Source of the DNA: Podarcis liolepis | Taxonomy: Eukaryota | Length of the DNA: 64,000 nucleotides | Assembly: GCA_965112155.1 (NCBI GenBank) | Contig: OZ218103.1 | Strand: one strand, 5' to 3' | Shown here: piece after piece, positions 1-9,887 of the stretch | Position numbering within the stretch: position 1 is the first letter of the stretch | How the letters are laid out: each line of letters starts with the position of its first letter | The notes under the pieces: model-generated | Databases searched by the model: none | What the model saw: the letters and a program-made list of their open reading frames with translations, nothing else | Told to the model about the DNA's origin: nothing | Translations under genes and position numbers: made by a program

Positions 1-600
1 GAGTCTTGTGTCTCTTTAAAAATAATTCAAACACAACAAAAGGCCTTTTTCCATTGTGTTCTTGTCTATGGAATGCTGTTGCTAGGGAGAGATGCCTGCC
101 ACCATCGTCGTCAGTTTTTATTTATTTGTTTGTTACATAAAATTAGTACACTGCTTGACCGTAAAAAACCTCAAAGCAATTTACAAAAAAACCAAAGCAA
201 TAAAATCTGTTAGTTGCCAGGTTCAGACTTCTCTGCTAGTGTTTTTTCCTCTCTGCTTTTAAATAGTTTATACGTGCTGTATTTTATTGTCAAACTGTTT
301 TGAGACTTTTTCTTCTGAAAGCTACTGAGAAATGAAACAAACAATAGACCTGAGCTTCTTTAGGTGGCAATATTTGTCTGAAAAGCAGGATAAAAAAATA
401 CAATCAAATAACATTTCCCACCTGACGGTAGAGCAATGAGGTCAGGTAGAAGCAAGTGTTGCATTAATGCCAAAGAGGTTCAATAGCATGAGCCCTCCGA
501 TGAGGATGACTTTAGGCGCTTTGTTAATATAAATGTAAAGGGGTGCATTTAAAAATGTTTTTAAATGGGTGAGGGCATTCTTAAAAGGTGGCCCTCTTAC

Positions 601-681
601 CTGGGTACATCTGTTGTTGCCCGTGCAGGTCTCTTCATTTTCATAGTGTGGGAATGGAAAGGGGTCCCTGGTGGTTGGCAT
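601..681 (-). CDS. CFAP276: CFAP276 (C1orf194) coding exon 1; the gene continues beyond the left edge of the window
   Basis: MPTTRDPFPFPHYENEETCTGNNRCTQ resembles the recalled human N-terminus MPPTRDPFQQPTLDNDDSY. It ends at a strong donor CAG|GTAAGA (phase 0) and lies head-to-head with ELAPOR1, as in mammals. Confidence 0.85.
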
Positions 682-769
682 GCTCCAGAGGATGGGCGAT
701 CCAGTGGCGGCAGCAAAAGCAGATCGCGGGTTCCCTCTCGCCGCGTGTCAGGTTTGTTTAGGAACCGGC

Positions 770-790
770 GACGGTTGCTAAGCGACCGTC
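770..790. promoter_or_regulatory. RFX X-box (GTTGCTAAGCGAC, 774-786) inside a 21-bp near-palindrome
   Basis: GACGGTTGCT-A-AGCGACCGTC fits the RFX X-box pattern typical of ciliary genes, about 90 bp upstream of the CFAP276 ATG. Confidence 0.65.
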
Positions 791-1428
791 TTCCCGGGCT
801 TTTAGAGCCCGCAGCACAGTCTCTAAGGCGCCCTCTAATGGCTGGAAATGGTAGCACAAAAAGCGGCGCAGGGAAGGAAACGTCAGAATTTTCCCGGAGG
901 GATAAACAGCAGGAAAGGAGGACGGTGCAAATGGGAGGGCGCAAGGCTATTGGTCTTCTGAGAGAGCAACGTGTAATTAGCTGACTAGTCAGCACAGAGA
1001 TCGGGAGAGGCGGGGGCGGGGAGGAGAGAAGATGCTCCAGACTTGACGCCGCGATCCCCAGAAATAAAAGACGTTGGCGGATTATTATTATTTTATTTAC
1101 CAAAATAGGTTTGGTTTTTTTTAGGATTTTATATAGCTGGTAGTTCAAGTGCACCGAATAGTTAATCTCGCTCTTAATTGTATATGTAGTTTTCCTATTT
1201 AAAGACTTGCAAGTGGGTTCCCTGTTAATAACGTTTGCGAGGAAAACCGGTTTATAACAGCCGCGTGGGTATGCTAAAAGCGGGAAGGAACATTTGCCCT
1301 CTTAAGTTTAAAACAACATCCCGGCCGCCTACCTCCCGGGAAAAGAAAGGAAGAGACATCCGCGAGGGCCTGGTGCAAAGACACGCGCCATTCCAAGCAG
1401 CACGCTCGTGCAACAGATGCACGCGGCC

Positions 1429-1478
1429 GTGCAATAGCATGGAGAGTTAGAACTGTGCAATAGCATGGAGAGTTAGAA
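1429..1478. repeat. Tandem duplication, 24-bp exact unit, period 26
   Basis: GTGCAATAGCATGGAGAGTTAGAA at 1429 and 1455. Confidence 0.95.
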
Positions 1479-2143
1479 ACGACGGGCTTTTGGTGAGACC
1501 CAAGAGACAGGACCTCCTCGCTGGCGGCAAATAGCAGCTGCATGGAAAATACTCTTCCAATATAGATACTCCCCCCCCTAATTTGTGTTTATTTGTACTT
1601 TGTATTTGTAAAACCCAATAAAAATGATTTATGAAAAATAAATAAAAATGAAATACTTTTCCAATTCAGAGTGGTCAGGCTTCTTCCTTGCTGTTTTCCA
1701 GACGAACTGATTTTTAAAACACCCCCCCCCCCGCGCGCGCGCGCTTTCAATGTTCAGTTTCGCTGCTGTTTTAAACTGGCTTTCCGTGGTTTGCTGCTTT
1801 TCTGTGGTGCTCGCGAATAAACCACCAACCAGGGAAAGATCATGGAACACCTGCGCTGCAAATAGATCGGTACCCAGTTCTAAGCATCCTACACCGAAAG
1901 CACCCCATTTATACCAACCACATCAGTGGGCATAGTCGTTCTGTAAACGTGGTTGGGAGGCCCGTTAGAACAGAAGAAGAGGAAAAATCTGAGCTGTCAC
2001 AACAAACCTATAATATTCAAGGTCCTTTTAAGCCTAAAGAGCGGGAGTGTTTTGCGAGTGATTCACAGCAGATACCGTAGTTCCCAGGGCCCGGGCCCCG
2101 AGGTTCCTTCGGCCTTTCCAATGAGATATTTGAGGGGGCTGAA

Positions 2144-2580
2144 CAGGGCCGGATTTAGGTTTGATGAGGCCCTAAGCTACTGAAGGTAATGGGGCCCTTT
2201 ATATGTCCCGCTGTCCTTTGTCAACAACAAATTGTCACTGTTTTTTGTGTTGAATATATGCTATATGGTAATTTATGGACCTAATAGGTATCTAAAGCCA
2301 TTTGCACATAAAATATGTATTTAAACAAAGCAATTGTTGAACTGAAATACATTTAAGAAGTATATTAATAGTGAAATAATTATTAAGCTCTAACTTAAAA
2401 TGATTGGGGGCCCATTGCTTGCATCATAGAAGCCTACACAACACAAACACTTTCTGTATGTAGGTTTTATTTTATGTTTTTTATCTTATATTTTGGAAAT
2501 GTACATCCAGTCCCCCCCCTTTAAATATTTCAGGGGGGGCAAGCTATATCTTATTTAGTTTATACATAAATCCGGCACTG
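2144..2580. mobile_element. Non-autonomous DNA transposon (hAT-like)
   Basis: Terminal inverted repeats (TIRs) CAGGGCCGGATTTA ... TAAATCCGGCACTG (13/14) around an AT-rich interior; no clear TSD. Confidence 0.7.
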
Positions 2581-2635
2581 GGAACGGCCCCCGCTGAGTT
2601 GATGTGCGTCATCATTCAAATAGTGTGTATGCCAT

Positions 2636-3301
2636 ACACATACACCCGGACAACACCTTACTGGCCCCAACAACATCACACATACTATCTCGGGACTATT
2701 TAATTGCTCATCGTCTAACATTGTGTATGCCATCAAATGCCAACAGTATCCTTCAGCTCTCTATATTGGACAAACAGGCCAAACCTTACGCCAAAAAATA
2801 AACGGACATAAATCTGACATCAAGAATCACAAAACAGAGAAACCAGTAGGAGAACACTTCAATCTCCCAGGGCATTCTATACAAGATCTCAAAGTAGCTG
2901 TTTTACTACAAGGAATTTCAGAAATAGACTGGAAAGAGAAGCTGCTGAATTGCAACTCATTACCAAACTTAAAACCATGGAGAGACCTGGTCTGAACAAA
3001 GACATTGGATTCTTATCTCATTATACACGACTAAGCCATTTCTCACCTTCTCACCCCTTGCCTTTTCCTGTAAGACCTATTGCAGTCGTTAAGAGTCGTC
3101 AACAGGCTCATCTCAGCTATCTGCCTATCTCCCATTCCCACCACCCTTCTGAGTAACACCCCTCCCCACCTTCTCACTATATAGAAGGGTCTGGCAACTT
3201 CTGTTTCAGTGTATCTGAAGAAGTGTGCATGCACACGAAAGCTCATACCAAGAACTAACTTAGTTGGTCTTTAAGGCGCTACTGGAAGGAATTTTTTATT
3301 T
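2636..3301 (+). mobile_element. 5'-truncated Penelope-like retroelement (GIY-YIG endonuclease remnant plus 3' region)
   Basis: IVYAIKC...LYIGQTGQTLRQKINGHKSDI...PVGEHFNLPGHS, then a frameshift into REAAELQLITKLKT...PGLNKD. Flanked by a 12-bp direct repeat TGTGTATGCCAT (2624-2635, 3302-3313). Confidence 0.9.
3211..3248 (+). ncRNA. Minimal type-I hammerhead ribozyme motif of a Penelope-like element
   Basis: GTAT-CTGAAGA-A-GTGTG(CATG)CACAC-GAAA-GC-TC^ATAC: stem I GTAT/ATAC, core CUGANGA/GAAA, 5-bp stem II, palindromic AGCU helix III; predicted cleavage after C3244. Confidence 0.75.
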
Positions 3302-3459
3302 TGTGTATGCCATGTGATCGATTATGTGGGGTGGGGCTTGATCGCCCCTCTTCCAAATTCAAGTTGTTCACCCCCTGAAGTGGTTTCAGCAGGTGGTGTG
3401 GCCTAGTCGTTCCCAGAGCGAGCCTAACCATCGTCTACTCTGAAGCAACTCCTGCTGAA

Positions 3460-4140
3460 TCCAGCGCGGCTGACTCCCAGGGGGCCAACGACGTTACGCT
3501 TGCACCCTAACCCTTGAACCTCTTTCCCTCCGGCTACGCCGTTTCCTATTGTTCAAAATTAGGCGGGCGGGCTTTTGTTTTGTTATGGTCGCGCGGCCTG
3601 TCACGCGCCGGCGGCGAGCGCGCCACGAGGCTCGCGCGCCCTTCGAAAGACGCGCGCGCCCGCAGCAAACGGCCTCTGTCCCCCGGGCGCATCTTTCAAG
3701 CCGCCTCAGGTGCGCGGGAGCCGAAGGCCGGCGCGGCGGAGGCAGCTGCGGTTGCTAGGCAGCGAGGTGTGGGCGGCGCGAGGCGGGCAGGGGGCGGGGC
3801 TCCCGCATCCCATCTCCGCCTGAGAGCGCTGCTTGCTGTTGCCGCTGCTGCTGCTCTTGCCACCGCCGCCGCCGCTGCACCTGTGAGTCGGTGGCCGCCT
3901 CATCCAGACGCGCGGGGAAGCTGCTCGGTGCCGCTCCTGCGCCACGATGGCTGGGGCCGCTGGCGGGGTCCATCCTCCTCGGCCGGATACAGCTGGGTGC
4001 TGGCGGTGCCTCCCTGGTGCCGAGCTCGGGCGGAGGCGCCTGCCGCTTCTGCTGCTTTCTCTGCTGTTGCTGCTTTGGGCAGGCGCCGCTACTCCGGGAG
4101 AGGAGCTGCACGCCTGCAAAGAGGTACCGGCGGGGAAGAG
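3460..4140 (+). promoter_or_regulatory. ELAPOR1 CpG island promoter and 5' UTR
   Basis: Very high GC/CpG; GC box GGGGCGGGGC near 3791; X-box-like GTTGCTAGGCAGC at 3751-3763; imperfect GCT/GCC triplet tract at about 3826-3878. Confidence 0.8.
3947..4123 (+). CDS. ELAPOR1: ELAPOR1 exon 1 (signal peptide)
   Basis: MAGAAGG...[28 protein letters not shown]; donor GAG|GTACC. Confidence 0.92.
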
Positions 4141-7100
4141 CAGGGGGCTTTCATGTCCTGGAGCAGAGGAGGGGGTGTGTGTCTGAATTTGAAACGCCTT
4201 AGAAAAAACACTTGGCTTCAAGCAAATCTAATTGTGTTGACTAGAATAAAACTCGACGCCAAAGTAGTCTGCGATGCTTGTGGAGCAAAAGGCACGCTAG
4301 AAGAGCATTGTTTCTTCGGCATCAATGAATGCTGTAGCCCCAGGAAGGGTTGGAGCAAGGCAGGCACACCTCAGAAGTGCACTTGGCTGCTTTTCGCCTA
4401 GGGGGGTCTTGTGGGGGCCAGTACACTACCTAGCCAGCATGCTAACAACAGCTTGCTGTGAGCAAAACCTACTTGGAGGGCTGGCAGGCCGTTTGTGGGA
4501 ATGTTTAAATGGGGGCTGGAGAGGCTAACTTCAAGCCACCACCAGGGAAGGGGGAAGAAATCTCTAGTTTTCCTGGAACAGACTGAAGCCAGGGCAGTAC
4601 TGTAGCGGGTAGTGATTTTCATTGTTGGATCATTATCCTCCATGTTTCCTATATGCTGGACATGGTTCTCTTTTTGTTGTTGGTGCCTCTTAGTGACCCA
4701 TTCCAGAGGGTAGCCTCTGTTGTAGCAAAAAAAGGTACATTTATGGGATGAACACACTTGGCGTGCCATAGGCTTGCGCTTTGATCAGTTTTAGTCTTTA
4801 AGATACCACAGGATTATTATTTTAGTAGCTATCAAACCAGATTATCTGTTCTAACTAGTTCTAAACTGTCCCTTAGGGACTTTTAGCACCACCACCTGCA
4901 TTTCACTTTAACTAAGGAGTAACGATAAAGACACATCTCACAAACCTGGAGAAGAGTGTTTGTCTGTCTTTAAATTGGAGGATCAGCGCGGTCCAACCCC
5001 CATTGACCGCTGACTGGAATCTACCTTGGGAAACTGATTGTGTTTGCTCCTCCCCCCCCCCCTATGTAACATGGCAGGTTGCCTGTGAGTCAGATCGCAG
5101 TAACTTTCTAGTATGTCAACAAAGAGTGACTTTAATTTCTCCTGTGCATGCCTGTTTTTCCTTAATGAAAACTGATATGAACAGTATAGACAATGGAAAC
5201 AAAAATCAAAGGCAATGAAACAAAGCAGAGGAAAATTACACGTAAATAGCTGCCAGGTGCATGGGTATTAACACTTTTTAATCTCTGGTCATTGTGCAGA
5301 CCATTGTTACATTCCATTGGCTGAAATGGGTGAGGTAGTTCACCACGCTTGCCATATACTTGCACTTGTGTGTTGTGTGTGCTTTTTAAAGATCTGGGAA
5401 TGTCAAGGCTTTCTGAATTTAACTTGCAGTCTGTAAAAGTACATTTTCTCTCTTGCAATTTTGTTACTGGTTTATCTTTGTTGTGTGTTTTGTTTTTGTT
5501 TTTTTTGGTATCTTGTTACACCCAAAATTGCACCTGCACAAAGCTGGTACAACAGCCAGAATGCACTTTCATTCCATTTTTGTATGGCTTCTTGTACTGC
5601 ATGTATGCTGTGGGTGTAACTATATGTCTGAGCTCCACCCTTGACAGTTCTTTCTCTGTTAAGAACAAAGGTGGCCTTATGGATCAAACCATTTATCTAA
5701 TGCCATCATCCTGTTTTCCCTGAGGGACCAAACAAATGCCTTCTGGAAACCAACCAGCAGGACTTGAAGGCAAGAGCCCTCACAACTTATTATCCCTCAG
5801 CAACTTGTATTCTGTGGCATATGGTCTCTGGACTTAGGAATTCCATTTCGGCTATCGTAGCCGTGGGTAGGGCTCTTCTTCATTCTAATCCCTTCTTCAA
5901 AATGACCAAGAAATACCATTTTGATGTTTTTATTGTAGCCTTTGTCTGTGCCAAAATGTAGCAACAATGGTGTTCTATTGGGGGTGCAGTGCTGTGCATA
6001 ATTGTTTGTGCCTGCAGCTCCCAAGACTTAAACAATACAAACAAAATTGATTACTTTGGAACTCTTGAAAAGGAACTTGAGAAGAAACTAAAGCAGGCAA
6101 TTTGAAGTTACCATTATTGAGCCATCTATTAGCAAAGTGAGCACCCCATAGGTGGCTGATTCCCCCAAATAACACCAGGAGCAGCAAACCTACCCTCCAA
6201 CAGTTCCCTCGGGGTCCAAGGGAGGCATAGGCCTCTGTTCTTAAGTGCTTATTGGAGGTGGGGAGGATGAATGTTCTCCCCAATTCTTTCTCCTTCAGAT
6301 TTTGGTAGAGTGAGAAGCACGTAACTTCAACTATGTGAAATGGCTGAATGATATATTTATAGGAGGCAAGCCAAGGTGTTCTTTGCACTTCCCCATTTCT
6401 TCATAAGCATGAATCCCAGGGAATGAATGCTGATTATGCATTCAAAAATGCCGCGTGGCCCATCCCTTCTGGAAGTTAATCTCATAGGTGTTGGTGGAAC
6501 TTGCTCCAGCAGGAGGATTATTCTCACAGCCAAACAGTTAGAGATGAACCTGGCAATAACACTGCTTTAGGCCTGTCAGCCAATTAAATAATGTTTAGTT
6601 GATTAATCAACTGCCTTTTCACTGAAGGTTGAATCTAGTCATACTCAAGGGTAGACTTTGTGAAAGGATTTAAGTTAGTCTTGCTCAACCAATTACACGA
6701 AGAGTAAGCTGGATGACCCACTCGGCCAAAGGCAACCCAACAGCCAGAGCAAAACATCCCTCCTCCCCGAGATGCAGTGGGGCTTATTTCACTTTATTCA
6801 TTTGCTCATCTTTCCAGGAGGCCCACTGCTACCATTTTAAAGTATCATACCTTGACGCAGTTTATCGCACTAGTACATTGCATATGTAGCACAGCCATGA
6901 AAAGAGACCTCACAAACACAAACTTGTCTAGACTTATATATAACACAGCCCTTTCTGCAATCCAGTTTCAGGCAGCTCTTGTGACTGAGGGGGAAAATCA
7001 CCCCGGGGTGAGCTAAAACAAGATCACCTCTGGGTGTCCAGAGTAAAGATGGAGCAAGCAAGGTGGGGGCTTGTGACAGTTAGTTGCCACTCATGAATTC

Positions 7101-9851
7101 AGAGGCGGGCGTGTGGGTGGTGCTTTCTGCCTCCCTTCTCATAGAATGGAATCGTGGTGCTGAAGAGTTTGCAGCAGCAGTGGGAGATCTCTGGCTCATG
7201 GGCCTAATTATGCCCACCAGGCCATTTAGGGGAAAAACACGTCAGCCAGTTAATCACCTGGCATCATATGATTTGAGGTGCTGCACAAGTAAAGTTGAGA
7301 TGCCAGCTTGAAAAAGAAGACTCAAAAGTGTTCTCTTATGGGTGCTCCTATTCTTGCTTCCCAGCCTCTGCTTGAATTGGGCGCTCTCTGAATCCAGCAC
7401 CCTTTTCTGTTGCCCTGCATAGCAACAGAAAGTGCCAGGTTCAAAAAGCGCCAAACTCAAGCTGACTAATTTCTCTATTTTTAACTTTTATTATTAATTC
7501 TGTGCATGTTTTATTTAAATGTATAATCTCCTGCAGCCCTCACTGGAGCAGTGCTTCTGGTTTTAATGTGCAGTGTTCTGGAGGAGAGAGAAGGAAGGAA
7601 TAATGTATTCAAGGGTAGAGTGTCGATGAAGGTTTTCAGAATATCAGCAAAATTAGTTCTGCCTTAGAAGTGATGCATTTCGGACAAACTGGAGATTGGC
7701 ATCAGGTTTGCTGCCTAGGTTTCGAAAGAGCAACTGCTGAAAAGCCAGTTATTATGCATCCCTGGTTGGTAGAACATGGAGTGATATGTGATGATTGAAA
7801 TTAAATGTGGCTTCAGGCTTTAAATGTTAGTTCTCAACTTATCCAGGACCAGAGTCCAGAGCCTTGGGAGTGACTGATGGGGGTGGGGTCAGACAACCTT
7901 AGGAAAATTCCCTGCTAAAAGACTCATTGAATATAACGGACCGAACTCAACTGTGTGTGAAACTTAGTTGACTACCACCCTCTATTTTGTGTGTGTGTTA
8001 AGCAAGGATGGGAAAGCCTTCAGCCCATTCATCTTATTGAGAATTATAATTGGGCTCCCATGCAGCTGCTATTTGCTGAAGTTTAATAAAACTGGGATTC
8101 TATTTCTGCATCGCGTCTGGTCTGCTTTGGCCCTAGGCATTTTGGGCAGGCTGTAGCCAACCATTTGACAGAGGAGGAGGTACAAAATAGTATGTAGCTA
8201 ATTATAGGTAGTCTAAGAAATTCAAAATAAAGTTATGTCAGCTGTAATGCTGCACACACTTTCTTTGGACTAAGTCCCACTGAGCTCAGTGGGGCTTACT
8301 TTTGAGTAAACGTGCATAGGATTGGGGCAATTAGCATTTTAAAGAAATTCCCATTTTAATATTAATAAGCATAAGTACCAAGAGCTTGTCAAATATCCCC
8401 AAAGCTTTTGCATTTATTGCTCAGGAGCCTGGAAGCAGTTTTTCTTCTTAATGAGCAATTTGGTAGAATACCGCATGTGGGTTTCTTTTTTGTTATATCT
8501 CTTAAAAGTGAAAGGCCTGCTAAAGGCTAACAGTGTATCTATTTAGAAGTAAGTCCTATTGAATTAAGTAGGACTTACTCCCATGTAAATGGGATTAGGG
8601 TTCCATCCTTAGTGTTTGTCCTCTTTCAATATGAAAGCCCAGCATCAAGGGAAAGGCCTTTGAACAGACAAAACCTGACCATGGTTAGGGACTTGGGTAA
8701 GTTGTGAAATAATATTAAAAAAATGAGTTAGTATTTCATTCCAGTCATCATGTATACAGTGGTACCTCGGGTTAAGTACTTAATTCGTTCCGGAGGTCCA
8801 GTCTTAGCCTGAAACTGTTCTCAACCTGAAGCACCACTTTAGCTAATGGGGCCTCCCGCTGCTGCTGCGCCGCTGGAGCACAATTTCTGTTCTTATCCTG
8901 AAGCAAAGTTCTTAACCCAAGGTAATATTTCTGGGTTAGTGGAGTCAGTAACCTGAAGCATATGTAACCTGAAGCGTATGTAACCTGAGGTACCACTGTA
9001 ATTCCATGTCCTACCCCTGGGGTACATATGAAGTGCATTTTCATATATCAAAGTGTTGCTCTTTCAGACCCCACCCACCAGAAAATCATTTTCTAGAAAT
9101 GACCAATTCTCCCAGTGTCATCTTTGAGAGCGCGGAGCCTGCTGAAACTCCTTCATCTCTTTTCATTTGCTCAATGGGATCAGTAATAGCTGCAGAACAG
9201 AATAGCTGTATTTTTATTTAATTTATGCTGATATAGATCCTGACTATTGGCTCCAGGAGACTCATACCTGTTTTTTGCCTAAAGTAATTAGGATCAGTTG
9301 CTGCTGCTGCTCGGTACTTCTAGCTAGCAGTGTTGGATCTACGAATTTTGCCAAAGGGGGCAAAAGTCTGTACTGCTGCCCACCCCAGCAAGAAGGAAGC
9401 CTGCCTGGGGCCCCCTACACCTCAACCTGGCAGGCAGGTGGGACCTCAAGTGCTTCCCCAGCCTCAGCCAGACAGTCTTGAAGGCAGCATCTTGCCCTCC
9501 TCCAACTCTTTGCAACACTGAGAAATGGTGGGTTGCTCTGCCCTGGGAAATGGCATGCAGGGATTGGGGGTGTGCAAAGACCCCGATAGGCAGTGATCAA
9601 TGGATGGAGGAGCTGGTTTGCTTGAGGCTCTTTTTCCTCCTCCCCCCCTTCCCTGTTTTTTATGGTGGAACCTCAACACACACACACAAGCTGGGAAGCT
9701 CTGACTCTGAGCTTGTCCTGGTCTGCTGGCCAAGTTCAGGTTCAGCTTCCCCAGCAGGAGTTGAGTAGCAGCAGAGGTGGATTTAGCCAAGCATGACTGG
9801 TTCACCTGCACTGAGTGTTGAAACAATGACTTCGAATGGAAGGCAAGAGGC

Positions 9852-9887
<36 letters not shown>

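Larger units (their letters stand above)
690..1500. promoter_or_regulatory. CpG-rich promoter region of CFAP276
   Basis: High CpG density upstream of the minus-strand ATG; GC boxes near 1010-1022; X-box and forkhead motifs. Confidence 0.65.

Noticed and set aside
1-2100. SCARNA2, a neighbour of this locus in human
   Set aside because: No recognisable match; by recalled synteny it lies beyond the CFAP276 3' end, outside the window.
3514-4401. 295-aa TTG-initiated, Ala-rich ORF over the ELAPOR1 promoter and exon 1
   Set aside because: Different frame from the true exon, runs through the splice donor, has no recognisable domain, and is explained by CpG-island composition and the GCN tract.
4788-4825. 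Possible second Penelope tail remnant (TTAGTCTTTAAGATACCACAGG)
   Set aside because: Too short and degenerate, with no hammerhead core, so it cannot be a cis dimer partner for the 3211 motif.
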